64,000 nt of DNA from an uncultured Candidatus Actinomarina sp. (GTDB taxonomy: Bacteria > Actinomycetota > Acidimicrobiia > Actinomarinales > Actinomarinaceae): contig CACNQV010000005.1 of the NCBI GenBank assembly GCA_902622665.1, positions 990 to 64,989 on the forward strand, read 5' to 3'. Positions 52,793 through 62,865 of this stretch are shown piece after piece. Both the position numbers and the translations under genes were made by a program. The notes under the pieces were generated by a model, which saw nothing but the letters and a program-made list of their open reading frames with translations, had not been told where the DNA came from and made no database searches. Position 1 is the first letter of the stretch; each line of letters begins with the position of its first letter.

Positions 52793-54377
52793 AAAATTTA
52801 ATCTCTTTTGATGCAGCTATAAATGAATTGAACATAGGAGCTGGGTCCCATGGTCTTGATTTAAACTCAGGATGAAACTGAGAGGCCACAAAGTATGGAT
52901 GGTCTTTGATTTCTATCATTTCAACTAAATCCTCATCAGGTGATAATCCGCTAAAAATTAGACCTTTTGATTCCAATTCATTTCTAAACTTATTGTTAAC
53001 TTCATATCTATGTCTGTGACGCTCATAAATTATTTCATTGTTGTATATATCATCAGCAAAAGTCTTTCGTTTGATTTTACATGGATAAGTACCCAGTCTC
53101 ATTGATGCACCAATATCATCTGATTCTAAATCTTGATTAGGTAATAAATCTATCACAGGATTTTTTGTAGTTTGAGAAAACTCTGAAGAATTAGCGTCAG
53201 AAATTCCGCAAACGTTTCGAGCAAATTCAATTACAGCACACTGTAAGCCTAAGCAAATTCCAAGAAAAGGTATTTTATTTTTTCTAAGATACTCAATTGC
53301 ACCAATTTTTCCTTCAATTCCCCTGTATCCAAAACCTCCTGGGACTACAACACCATTTAAATTTTCAAGATCATCAATTTCATAATTATCTGAATCTATC
53401 CAAATTAAATCTAAATTAACTTTATTTTGAAGACAAGAATGTTTTAGGGCTTCAACAACTGACATGTAACTATCAGGTAGGCCATTATATTTTCCAAGAA
53501 TTGCTATCTTAACATTTTGTTTAACACCGTTTTTTAATGAAAGCATTTCTTCCCAACTTGATAAATTAGGAGACTCTGAATTTAGTGACAAACGTTTATC
53601 AACAGCTTCATCTAAACCCTCTTCATACATTTTTACAGGAACATCATAAATATCTCCTAAGTCTGGTGCGTTAATAACATTTTCAAAACTCACATCACAA
53701 AAAAGTGAAACTTTAGTTTTAATTTCATCTGTAAGCTCTTGTTCGGATCTTAAAACAATCAAATCTGGATTTATACCATAGCTCCTTAACATTGATACTG
53801 AATGTTGTGTTGGTTTTGTTTTAAGTTCTGTACTTGGACCAATAAAGGGTACGAGCGTAACATGAACAAACATTACATTTTCTTGACCAAACTCTTTTCT
53901 AATTTGTCTTGCTGCTTCTAAAAATGGAAGAATTTCGATATCACCAACTGTACCTCCTATTTCAGTAATTTGTACATCTACTTCGTTGGAAATCCCTTTG
54001 ATTCTTCTTTTAATTTCATCCGTTATATGTGGAATGACTTGAACAGTAGCTCCTAGGTAGTCACCTTTTCTTTCTCTTTCAATTACTTTTCTATAAATAC
54101 TACCTGTTGTAACATTCGCATCTTTTCTTAAATTAACTCCAGTAAATCTCTCGTAATGACCTAAATCTAAATCTGTTGTAGCTCCATCTTCTGTAACAAA
54201 TACCTCTCCGTGTTGAAAAGGATTCATGGTGTCTGGATCAACATTAATGTAAGGATCTAATTTTTGGTTAACAATTGATAAACCTCTAGCCTTGAGCAGG
54301 TTTCCAAGAGATGCAGATGTAATCCCTTTGCCAAGGCCAGAGACTACACCTCCAGTGACAAATATGTATTTAGTCAC
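52752..54377 (-). CDS. pyrG: CTP synthase
   Basis: MTKYIFVTGGVVSGLGKG N-terminus and glutaminase motif GICLGLQ. 541 aa. Confidence 0.96.
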   Translation of the reverse strand: MTKYIFVTGGVVSGLGKGITSASLGNLLKARGLSIVNQKLDPYINVDPDTMNPFQHGEVFVTEDGATTDLDLGHYERFTGVNLRKDANVTTGSIYRKVIERERKGDYLGATVQVIPHITDEIKRRIKGISNEVDVQITEIGGTVGDIEILPFLEAARQIRKEFGQENVMFVHVTLVPFIGPSTELKTKPTQHSVSMLRSYGINPDLIVLRSEQELTDEIKTKVSLFCDVSFENVINAPDLGDIYDVPVKMYEEGLDEAVDKRLSLNSESPNLSSWEEMLSLKNGVKQNVKIAILGKYNGLPDSYMSVVEALKHSCLQNKVNLDLIWIDSDNYEIDDLENLNGVVVPGGFGYRGIEGKIGAIEYLRKNKIPFLGICLGLQCAVIEFARNVCGISDANSSEFSQTTKNPVIDLLPNQDLESDDIGASMRLGTYPCKIKRKTFADDIYNNEIIYERHRHRYEVNNKFRNELESKGLIFSGLSPDEDLVEMIEIKDHPYFVASQFHPEFKSRPWDPAPMFNSFIAASKEIKFFDENVKDEHKVKD

Positions 54378-54414
54378 GTCAAAATAATAACAGGTTTATT
54401 TTTATTGTGAAGAA

Positions 54415-55212
54415 TTATCTAAGTATTTGATTTAAAAAGTGATCTAATTTTGGTTCATTACTTTCTTCTAAAACTTTAAGATGATTACCTGATAATTTAT
54501 AAGTAAAGATTAGGTCTTTTGTTTCATTACATTGTTGCAATTCTGTTCCATCAAACTGAACTGAGAATCCCTGATTTTTTAAAACTGTAATTTTTATTTC
54601 AGAATGTTTATCTAAAACAATTGATCTAGGAAATTTTGTAAAAGGAGAAATAGGAGTAATTATTAATGACTCAACACTTGTTTGAACTATAGGACCTCCT
54701 GCTGAGTAATTATATGCAGTGGAACCCATTGAAGTAGAGATTATTATTCCATCAGCTCTTAATGTAACTTTTTGCTCATATGTTTCAATTTGAATATCTA
54801 ACATTCTTGTTGGAGAATTCTTTATTAAAACTATTTCATTAAATGCTGGTTCTTCTTCATGGTCATTTTGAATAATAGGAACTCTTGTTTTGAAATTGTT
54901 AAAGTCACTTTTTATAATTTTTTGTATATCAATATTCTCAAAAGAGTTTACTAAATAACCAACCCTGCCTGATCCAAGATTTAAAACAGGCACAGAATTA
55001 ATCCATCCTAATTTCATAGCTTTTAAAGCAGTTCCATCGCCACCTATACTAATTATTAAATTAAAAATATTCTTAGGTGTATTTTTAAAACCTGGATCTT
55101 CAATTATTAATTTTTCATAGCTTATCTCTTGATTATCTAAGTACTCAACAAACTCAGTAGCTTGTTTAGATTTAAGATATTTTTTTGACGAAACAATTGC
55201 CAACTTAACCAT
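54415..55212 (-). CDS. nadK: NAD kinase
   Basis: GGDGTALKA motif and STSMGSTAYNYSAGGPIV. Confidence 0.88.
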   Translation of the reverse strand: MVKLAIVSSKKYLKSKQATEFVEYLDNQEISYEKLIIEDPGFKNTPKNIFNLIISIGGDGTALKAMKLGWINSVPVLNLGSGRVGYLVNSFENIDIQKIIKSDFNNFKTRVPIIQNDHEEEPAFNEIVLIKNSPTRMLDIQIETYEQKVTLRADGIIISTSMGSTAYNYSAGGPIVQTSVESLIITPISPFTKFPRSIVLDKHSEIKITVLKNQGFSVQFDGTELQQCNETKDLIFTYKLSGNHLKVLEESNEPKLDHFLNQILR

Positions 55213-55225
55213 AAATACATTATAG

Positions 55226-55954
55226 GTGACTTATAATGTTCATAAAGTGATACCAATATCAGATATTAACCCCGCAAGAAATACACCTGTTATTTCAAGA
55301 GTTTTTATGACTTTAACTGTTTTAATATTTATATTGATACAACCAAAAAATCAAATTGAATTAATTAATTTCTTTTATCAATATTCCGCAATACCATGTG
55401 AACTTGTAAATTTTTCTCCATTGTCAGAATCGCAATTTTATAATAACAATTGCTTTAACGAACAATTCAAAATTATATTTCCAAACAAAAATATATTTTT
55501 AAGTGTCATAATTGCAAACTTCTTTCATGCAAACTTTTTACATATATTAGGGAATTTATGGAGTTTTTGGATTTTTGGAAATAATGTTGAGGATAAACTT
55601 GGAAAGGTAAAGTTTTTATGTTTTCTTTTGTTCATAGGTATCACAAGTATTTTTTCTCATACTTATCTCAATCAGGAAAGTTTAATTCCTATAGTTGGAG
55701 CATCTGGAATAGTATCTGGATTAATGGGTGCTTATGTTTACATGTTTCCTAATGCTAGATTATTAGTGCTAGTACCATTTGGATTCTTATTTCCAACAAC
55801 AATAAAAGCTAAATTTTTTATGTTGTTTTGGTTTATTTCTCAAATATTTATTGCAATGGGTGATCAAAATATATCCTGGGAAGCACACATTGGAGGATTT
55901 ATATTTGGCTATCTTTTATTAAGAATTTTTAGTAATAAAAGGTACGACATCTGA
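55226..55954 (+). CDS. rhomboid family intramembrane serine protease
   Basis: HILGNLWSFWIFG, catalytic GASGIVSGLMG, and AHIGGFIFG. The start codon is uncertain (GTG 55226 or GTG 55247). Confidence 0.8.
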   Translation: MTYNVHKVIPISDINPARNTPVISRVFMTLTVLIFILIQPKNQIELINFFYQYSAIPCELVNFSPLSESQFYNNNCFNEQFKIIFPNKNIFLSVIIANFFHANFLHILGNLWSFWIFGNNVEDKLGKVKFLCFLLFIGITSIFSHTYLNQESLIPIVGASGIVSGLMGAYVYMFPNARLLVLVPFGFLFPTTIKAKFFMLFWFISQIFIAMGDQNISWEAHIGGFIFGYLLLRIFSNKRYDI

Positions 55955-56671
55955 AAATTTATTTAGTTGCATATCAGCAATATTGACATCTAAATAATTT
56001 TTGATTCCTGAAGAAACTAAAAAAGTTTTTGCATTCAAATTTTTACCAAAAATAATATCTGTATCAACCCTATCCCCTATTACAAAATCAATATTTATTT
56101 TCTTTTGAGTAAAATATGAACTATATAATTTTCCTGATTTGCCAAGAGTAGGTATATTAATAGACAATTTATCTTCTATAATTTTCACAATTGCACCATT
56201 CCCAGGTTCTTCTCCATATTCTGTTGGAAATGTAAGATCCTTATTGAGACACAATATATTTTTTCCTAATTCTACATTTTTTATAACTTGATTAATTTCA
56301 GAGTTATTATTTTCCTCTTTACGTCCAATTAATATCAATTCTGAATTTTCTAGACTTGTAATATGCATATTTATTTTTTTAATATACTTTTTTAAATTAT
56401 CAGATCCATAAATATATAATTTTTTTTGTATACCCTGATACAAATTTTGAAAAATAACTAATGGTGAAATAATTTTTGATATATCTATGTTTACTTTTAG
56501 TAAATTTTCAAGCTTAGATTTTATCTCATTAGGAGATTGTGAGCTATTATTCGTTGTGTAGTATATATCAATACCACTATCAAGAATCTTTTCTAAACCT
56601 TCTTTAACATCATCAATTAAAGTATCACCTTTAAAAATAGTTCCATCAAGGTCTGTAGCGATTATGCTCAC
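55919..56671 (-). CDS. HAD-IIA family hydrolase
   Basis: ATDLDGTIF motif I and GDRVDTDIIFG motif. Comparable position to the mycobacterial HAD phosphatase near tyrS/nadK. Confidence 0.75.
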   Translation of the reverse strand: MSIIATDLDGTIFKGDTLIDDVKEGLEKILDSGIDIYYTTNNSSQSPNEIKSKLENLLKVNIDISKIISPLVIFQNLYQGIQKKLYIYGSDNLKKYIKKINMHITSLENSELILIGRKEENNNSEINQVIKNVELGKNILCLNKDLTFPTEYGEEPGNGAIVKIIEDKLSINIPTLGKSGKLYSSYFTQKKINIDFVIGDRVDTDIIFGKNLNAKTFLVSSGIKNYLDVNIADMQLNKFSDVVPFITKNS

Positions 56672-57089
56672 GTTTTTCTTCCATTAATAAAATTCTTGCT
56701 GTTATCCCACTCGCTTCATAAAAGTTTTTTGCAACTCTATCGCTTGGTAGTGTAATTGTTCTTAATGAGGATTCAATTGACTCAACATAATCTCTTATAC
56801 AATTTAAAAGAAAAGTGCCCAATGAAAGCTCTCTAAATTCATCTTCAATATAAATTTCTGTTAAAAGCGAATACTCTTTATCTTCAACCAACTTCGCATA
56901 ACCTATAGGTTTCTTTTCACATAAAAGTAAAAAATTTTTAGATTTAGAAAATTCAATATTTGTATAATAAGTCATTAAATCTTCATCTATATTAGACATT
57001 CTACTTAAAAATGATTCAACCAAATCATTTGGAATTTCAGTATCTGTTTCTAGTGTGAATGTGAAACCAAAATCTTTATGCTTATGCAC
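56646..57089 (-). CDS. GNAT family N-acetyltransferase
   Basis: IEDEFRELSLGTFLL (motif A-like). 147 aa. Confidence 0.6.
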   Translation of the reverse strand: MHKHKDFGFTFTLETDTEIPNDLVESFLSRMSNIDEDLMTYYTNIEFSKSKNFLLLCEKKPIGYAKLVEDKEYSLLTEIYIEDEFRELSLGTFLLNCIRDYVESIESSLRTITLPSDRVAKNFYEASGITARILLMEEKREHNRYRP

Positions 57090-57441
57090 AATCAGCGCAT
57101 ACTTTGGATCTTGGCTTTGCTAGTTGTGTATTTCGTAATACTAAAAAGCAAACAGAACATGTAAATTCATCTTCAGTTTTGTCACCTGCAATTTCATCTA
57201 ACTTTAAATCTGAGCTTTTTACATTTCTTTTTTCTGCAGCATCAACAGACATAAATGAACCTTCAGCTTCATCTGTATCTTCTACTGATTTTTTTTCTGT
57301 TTCTACTCTTGCTTCAAGAGATTCTGTTTCAACTTCCTCTTTTTCCTCTTCTTCTGGTGGAGTTTCTATCTCTTCAATGTCTTCATCTTCTAAATCTTCA
57401 AGCGTAGGTTCGTCTAATTCTTCAGTTTCTTTTTTTGCCAT
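57082..57441 (-). CDS. DUF4193 family protein
   Basis: Highly acidic N-terminal half. C-terminal FTCSVCFLV...VCADCA zinc-ribbon-like motif. AGGAG SD upstream. Confidence 0.7.
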   Translation of the reverse strand: MAKKETEELDEPTLEDLEDEDIEEIETPPEEEEKEEVETESLEARVETEKKSVEDTDEAEGSFMSVDAAEKRNVKSSDLKLDEIAGDKTEDEFTCSVCFLVLRNTQLAKPRSKVCADCA

Positions 57442-57468
57442 ATAACTCCTAACTTGCCTTAAATATTA

Positions 57469-58344
57469 CTAAATTTTAAAACGTATGGCTGATTTTTCAA
57501 TAAATATATCTGCTGGTCCATTTGCGAAATAATCACCATCAATTTCAATAGGATCATTACTATTAATTTTTAAATTTGATGATTTACGAACAATTACATC
57601 AGATTCTTTTAAGTGTAAACCTTTTTGAGCCAAGAAAAATATTTTCATTGCTTTGATCTTTGATACTGCAAAAATTTGAATATTGAACTTACCATCTTGT
57701 AAACTAGATTTTGGTGAAATATTCCAGCCACCACCAAAATACTGTGCATTACAAACACATATATTAAAAGCATTACTATTAAATTCAAAATTTTTGAAAT
57801 TTATATTAATTTTTTTTGCTTTTGCAAAAATTATCTTAATCCAAAAGCTTAGAGGATATCTAAATCTTCGTAATAATTTTGGCATTTTTTCGCTTACTTC
57901 TACTGAAGAAGCCAGAAACCCAATATTTAGTACATTTATAAAATATTTTGATTTATTTTCTACTTCAACTCTTCCAACATCGACATCGTAATAAGAATCT
58001 GTAATTAGGTGGTTTACGGCTTCTTCAATATTTTGTGGAAGAGCAAAAGTTCTAATGAAGTCAGACCCACTTCCAGCGGGCAAGCAAGCAACTTCAGGTT
58101 TTAAAACTTTATTTGTAAGTAAGGCATTAATTAATGAATTTAGACTTCCATCTCCCCCTATCGCGCAATATTGATATTTATTATTATCAGAATACTTTGC
58201 TATTACATTATTAAGATCATCAATTGTAGAAGTTGAAAAATATATAAAAGGAATATTTTTACTTTTAAATAGATACTCAATATATTCCTGTGAGAGATTT
58301 TTACCTCTTGAATTAAGATTATGAATTACTACATATTTTTTCAT
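57469..58344 (-). CDS. diacylglycerol/lipid kinase family protein
   Basis: GGDGSLNSLINAL motif and YegS/DagK-like architecture. Confidence 0.8.
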   Translation of the reverse strand: MKKYVVIHNLNSRGKNLSQEYIEYLFKSKNIPFIYFSTSTIDDLNNVIAKYSDNNKYQYCAIGGDGSLNSLINALLTNKVLKPEVACLPAGSGSDFIRTFALPQNIEEAVNHLITDSYYDVDVGRVEVENKSKYFINVLNIGFLASSVEVSEKMPKLLRRFRYPLSFWIKIIFAKAKKININFKNFEFNSNAFNICVCNAQYFGGGWNISPKSSLQDGKFNIQIFAVSKIKAMKIFFLAQKGLHLKESDVIVRKSSNLKINSNDPIEIDGDYFANGPADIFIEKSAIRFKI

Positions 58345-60206
58345 GACATAGTTTTTTGTATTAAATTATTATTAAAAATATTATTTATTTCCTCAAAATT
58401 ATCATCTTCATAAATAACTGATAATTTTTTTGATATTTCAGATGCTTCTTTTGCAACCTTAATAAAATCACCTATATTTAAATTGAATTTATTAATTACA
58501 TACTCAATATTTCCAGATTTCATATACTCATAAAATACACTAAACCAAGATAGATTAATTTGCGTTTGTTTTTTAATCCCGTTTGTATATTCAATTTTAT
58601 TAACTTGCTCTGCTGATGAATAAAATTTATTAAATAAATTATTAAATTCATCTTTAAGTGTAAATTCTAATTTTTCGTTACTTATTCCAGAAGAAACATA
58701 CATTAATTTCATTTCAATATCCCGATTTTTAACCGTATGGTATAAATGAATTGCTGGTATTAGATTGTCTCTATAGGTTTCGATTAAAACTTTACCTTTT
58801 ATAGAGTTTATAAATCCAAGCTCATTTAATACATTATGCTTACCTTTAAATAATTCTTCTAACTTTTCAGTTTTGAACATATTTTGATATGCAAAAAAAC
58901 TTTTCTGTAATAGTTCGATTGATTCTTCAGTACTGTATATATTTAACAAACTCAATATAGATGAATAACTAACAGAAAATGCGGAATTTAAATTGCTTGA
59001 TTTGAGTGTAAATAGATTACTGTACCAATCTTTGTTTATACTCCTATCATACGACAAGAAGGCATAACCCTTATCATCTATACCTCGCCTACCAGCACGT
59101 CCACTTAGTTGCAAGAACTCTGATTGCGTTATAGGTCTTGTTTTAATTCCATCATATTTGTGCAACCTATCAATAAATATAGCTTTGGCAGGCATGTTAA
59201 TTCCTAACGCTAATGTCTCTGTAGCAAAAAGAAATTTTATATGTTTATTTAAAAATAAGTATTCTACAAATTCTTTAACAATTGGGGCAAGACCAGCGTG
59301 ATGATAACCTACGCCTCTTGACCACATCCACATATGTTCATCAAGGTTTAGTAGACTTATTTCTTCAGTTGTTAGATCACCAAAAATCTCCTCATATTTA
59401 GTCTTAATTTCATTTCTATTTTCAATTAATTTAAAGCTATTCGACAATTGTCTCGCACTAGATTCAACTCTTTCTCTTGAAAAATAAAAAAATATAACTG
59501 GAAATAAGTTTCTTGAATTTAAATAATAAGCTTGTTCACTCAAGTTAGGTTTTTTTAATAATGAATTTTTTTTATCAATTTTAAATATATTTTTGTTTTT
59601 TTTATCTTTTGTAGATTTTATTATTTTTAAGTCTTTACTTGACTTAGAACTAGCAACTATGGATATTTCTAGTGGAATAGGTCTTGTGGTTGTATGTATT
59701 AATGAAGTTGTTCCTCTCAATGATACTAACCATTCTAAAAATTCGTTCTTATTATTTATAGTTGCAGAAAGTGACAGAAACTTTATATCTTTGTTTGCAT
59801 GAATCAATATTTCTTCCCACGTAGCTCCTCTTTCTTTGTCAGCAAGATAATGTACTTCATCTAAGATAATTAATCCTGTATCGTTTAATTTTCTATCTTT
59901 ACTAAATATCATATTTCTTAATATTTCTGTAGTTGCAATTACTAACTCTGCTTCTTTATCAATGCTTCTATCACCTGTGAGAAGGCCTGCCCTAATTCCC
60001 TGCCTATTAAAGTCATTATATTTTTGGTTGGAAAGTGCTTTTATTGGTGTTGTGTAAAATATATTTTTTTGTTTTGATAAATAATGATCGATAGATTTTT
60101 CAGCGATATATGTTTTTCCTGAACCTGTGGGCGCTACAACTAGAACATTGTTACCATTTTTTACATCATTAACTGCATCTACTTGAAATTTATCAGGAGT
60201 AAACAT
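58341..60206 (-). CDS. helY: DEAD/DEAH box helicase (HelY/Ski2-like, short)
   Basis: APTGSGKT, DEVHYL, SAT and QLSGRAGRRG motifs. Follows tatC, as helY does in mycobacteria. 621 aa. Confidence 0.8.
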   Translation of the reverse strand: MFTPDKFQVDAVNDVKNGNNVLVVAPTGSGKTYIAEKSIDHYLSKQKNIFYTTPIKALSNQKYNDFNRQGIRAGLLTGDRSIDKEAELVIATTEILRNMIFSKDRKLNDTGLIILDEVHYLADKERGATWEEILIHANKDIKFLSLSATINNKNEFLEWLVSLRGTTSLIHTTTRPIPLEISIVASSKSSKDLKIIKSTKDKKNKNIFKIDKKNSLLKKPNLSEQAYYLNSRNLFPVIFFYFSRERVESSARQLSNSFKLIENRNEIKTKYEEIFGDLTTEEISLLNLDEHMWMWSRGVGYHHAGLAPIVKEFVEYLFLNKHIKFLFATETLALGINMPAKAIFIDRLHKYDGIKTRPITQSEFLQLSGRAGRRGIDDKGYAFLSYDRSINKDWYSNLFTLKSSNLNSAFSVSYSSILSLLNIYSTEESIELLQKSFFAYQNMFKTEKLEELFKGKHNVLNELGFINSIKGKVLIETYRDNLIPAIHLYHTVKNRDIEMKLMYVSSGISNEKLEFTLKDEFNNLFNKFYSSAEQVNKIEYTNGIKKQTQINLSWFSVFYEYMKSGNIEYVINKFNLNIGDFIKVAKEASEISKKLSVIYEDDNFEEINNIFNNNLIQKTMS

Positions 60207-60211
60207 TGCTT

Positions 60212-60934
60212 TTATTTACTCTTACTTAGATATAAAACTAACTCAATCAGCATATACAAAGGTATTGTGAATAAAAATAGTGTTACAGGATCTCCAGTTG
60301 GTGTGATTATGGCAGAAAAAACTAATACACTTACAAATATTTCTTTTCTATTATTTGTAAAAACATCCCTACTTATGATGCCTCTTTTAATTAAAAAATA
60401 AATTACTAATGGGGTTTGAAATGTAATACCAAATAAAATTGATATTCTCGAAATCAGTTGGAAATAATTTTGAGTTCTTAAAATAAAGTTAGATTCATTA
60501 AATGATAATAAAAAATTAATTCCTATTGGTAGAGTTTTGTATGCTGCAAATATACCCAGATAAAATAAAGATATAAAAACAAGTAAATACAAAACAAACA
60601 GTTTATGTGTTAATTTTTCAAAAGCAGGTTTGAAGAAGTATCCAATAATAAAAACAACTATTGGAAGTGATATTGCCATAGAAACAAAAAATGTATTTAA
60701 AATCTTAACTTGAAAACCTTCATATATTGTAAAAGCAATAAGTTCGTCAGTTGAATATCCAGCATTCAATAATGGTGTAGTTAATATTTCATAGACTGAG
60801 CTGTAATTTGTATAGACTATTGTAAAAAATATTGAAACTATGAATAGTGAGCTGATTACCCTGTAGTTTAATTCTTTAAAATGTTCAAAAAAATTTTTAT
60901 TGTCCAAAGCTATTCCTCTTCCAACCAAATCCAT
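60212..60934 (-). CDS. tatC: twin-arginine translocase subunit TatC
   Basis: Six predicted TM helices. ITPTGDPVTLFLFTIPLYMLIE motif. Synteny supports the call. Confidence 0.87.
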   Translation of the reverse strand: MDLVGRGIALDNKNFFEHFKELNYRVISSLFIVSIFFTIVYTNYSSVYEILTTPLLNAGYSTDELIAFTIYEGFQVKILNTFFVSMAISLPIVVFIIGYFFKPAFEKLTHKLFVLYLLVFISLFYLGIFAAYKTLPIGINFLLSFNESNFILRTQNYFQLISRISILFGITFQTPLVIYFLIKRGIISRDVFTNNRKEIFVSVLVFSAIITPTGDPVTLFLFTIPLYMLIELVLYLSKSK

Positions 60935-61080
60935 TTTTGTTCTATTGTTTCATCACCTATGACTTTTCGTATTTGATCAGATTTAGAACTGTCAAATACT
61001 TGAAATAATTTTTTAATTTTATCTCCATTTAGAAATCCCAGTGATATCAAAATTATTATTGTAAGTTCAATTAGACTCAT
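60910..61080 (-). CDS. tatA: TatA-like small membrane protein (not in the ORF track)
   Basis: 56-aa ORF MSLIELTIIILISLGFLNGDKIKKLFQVFDSSKSDQIRKVIGDETIEQKWIWLEEE. It has an N-terminal TM helix followed by an amphipathic basic segment. ATGA overlap with the pafC-like stop. It occupies the pafC-tatA-tatC synteny slot, but the FG hinge is divergent. Confidence 0.45.
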   Translation of the reverse strand: MSLIELTIIILISLGFLNGDKIKKLFQVFDSSKSDQIRKVIGDETIEQKWIWLEEE

Positions 61081-61937
61081 ATCATTAATTTCTTTTTTAA
61101 TTTATCTTTTCTTCTTTTAAATTCAATTATTAATGACTGCGGGGACATAATTTCAATATATTCATAATTTTTAATGATAAAATTTAAAGCGTTTGATTCG
61201 GAATAAAATTTAGCTTCTACATACTTATCTTTTAATTGATAATCATTTTTGTTTATATCTGAAAGAACTTTTTCATTTGTATGTTTGAACTTCATAATAA
61301 TTTCTATTTTATTAGATTTTTTACTTTCTCTAAAGTCTTCTATAGATAGTGAATCTACAATTCTATTAAGTAAAAAAGTTTTTAATTTCTCATCAGTTAA
61401 ATCAACAGCTTCCAAAACAATTCCATCATTATTAGTTGTCAATAAAATTGGTTGAATTCTGTAAAAAGCAGCCTGTGTTGATCCTAGTTTGATGTATGAA
61501 ATTATGTTTTCTTCAAAAAATGATAAGTTTTCAAAAACACCATCATTATTATCTTGTAATATTTCCAAATTAAAATACGGACTAACTACATTAAAAAACT
61601 CTTCAACATCACTGTTGTTTTTAATCAACTCTTTATAAATTGAATTAGAAGATAACAAAAAAATTAAATTGAATAACTCTCCATCATTAATTTGAATTAT
61701 ATTTTTTAAAGAAGGATTAATGTTAAATAATAATTCTTGATTTTTATCATCATATTCATAGTCAATTAATAATTCACCTTGTTGTGAATAAATATCAGTA
61801 ACTACTGACAATACGTAAAATATCTCTTTCTCTTTTATATTTAATTTTTTAGAAAGATTAGGTAAATTCCATTTTTCTTTATTTTGTATTAAGGAAAGTA
61901 CATTCATAATTAATTGAAGATCAATTTTTTTGGACAT
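61077..61937 (-). CDS. PafC-like HTH/WYL-domain regulator
   Basis: It is the second of two tandem paralogous wHTH-plus-WYL-type proteins upstream of tatA/tatC. The WYL motif is degenerate. Confidence 0.6.
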   Translation of the reverse strand: MSKKIDLQLIMNVLSLIQNKEKWNLPNLSKKLNIKEKEIFYVLSVVTDIYSQQGELLIDYEYDDKNQELLFNINPSLKNIIQINDGELFNLIFLLSSNSIYKELIKNNSDVEEFFNVVSPYFNLEILQDNNDGVFENLSFFEENIISYIKLGSTQAAFYRIQPILLTTNNDGIVLEAVDLTDEKLKTFLLNRIVDSLSIEDFRESKKSNKIEIIMKFKHTNEKVLSDINKNDYQLKDKYVEAKFYSESNALNFIIKNYEYIEIMSPQSLIIEFKRRKDKLKKKLMI

Positions 61938-62754
61938 CTAGTAATTCCTTAATATTATCTAAAGTATTTATTTTTATAATCTCAACCTCATCATCTAACA
62001 GAAGCAAAAATTTTATTAAACCATAGTTGTCATTTGTAGATACTTTACATTGTAAAAATTTACCATTGGTTTCTAAATCTACTTTGTTGTGTGCAAATAT
62101 ATTTTTATTTACATCATATAAGTTTTTTTTCAATTTTATTATTACTTCTGTAGAGTATTTTTCTTTATCCCATGAAAAAGGGAAATTTATATTTTCAATT
62201 TGAAATAAATCTGTTTTATTTCCAATTTTTAAATTATTTATCTGTTCTAAATTAAATGTCTTTAATAACCCACTTTCTTCACCAGCTAAATACCATTTAT
62301 TATCAAAATATTTAAGACCTTGGGGTTTTACCTTTCTATATTTATCAAGGTAATCAAATCCAACTCGTCTTTTTTCATTAATAGATTGGAGGATTTTTGA
62401 TATTATTTCTCTTTTATCGTTGTCATAATTACTTTTGGATAAATATTTTTTAAGATATAAATAAGTATTTACTAATTTATCACTACTAATCTTTTCAGAT
62501 TTAATGATCGAATTATAAATTGAATAACCTGAAAGTGAGTAGCCTTTATTATACGACCATTTATCATTCTCATACTCTATCAAATAACCAAAGGAACGTA
62601 ACAAATTCTTATCTCTTTCAAATGATCGTCTAAAAGCTTGTTGATTTAAATCTCTATAATCAGGTATGCTATCTTTTATATTTTCTGTTGATAAATTATT
62701 GTTCTCACTTAACAAATTTAATAATTCTATTACTCTTCTTAATACGTTTTTCAT
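61921..62754 (-). CDS. PafB-like HTH/WYL-domain regulator
   Basis: N-terminal wHTH with FERDKNLLRSFGYLIE. WYL-type segment DNKWYLAGEESGLLKTFNLEQI. Confidence 0.7.
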   Translation of the reverse strand: MKNVLRRVIELLNLLSENNNLSTENIKDSIPDYRDLNQQAFRRSFERDKNLLRSFGYLIEYENDKWSYNKGYSLSGYSIYNSIIKSEKISSDKLVNTYLYLKKYLSKSNYDNDKREIISKILQSINEKRRVGFDYLDKYRKVKPQGLKYFDNKWYLAGEESGLLKTFNLEQINNLKIGNKTDLFQIENINFPFSWDKEKYSTEVIIKLKKNLYDVNKNIFAHNKVDLETNGKFLQCKVSTNDNYGLIKFLLLLDDEVEIIKINTLDNIKELLDVQKN

Positions 62755-62865
62755 TAATTAAATCGTTTTTGAAATTTTGAAAACATAATCTAATTTTACA
62801 AATATAAATAAATAAAATTAACCTTATATATTTATATATGTCTGCAGCATTGTAAAATATACATT

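Noticed and set aside
57104-57445. 113-aa Ser-rich ORF on the plus strand.
   Set aside because: It is the mirror image of the Glu/Asp-rich DUF4193 gene on the minus strand (GAA/GAT read as TTC/ATC). It is a low-complexity shadow ORF, whereas the minus-strand gene has an SD and a conserved C-terminal motif.
62767-62782. Tandem TTTTGAAA-TTTTGAAA upstream of the pafB-like gene, considered as a possible regulator binding site.
   Set aside because: It is an 8-mer repeated only twice in very AT-rich spacer. This is too easily produced by chance, with no supporting promoter geometry.
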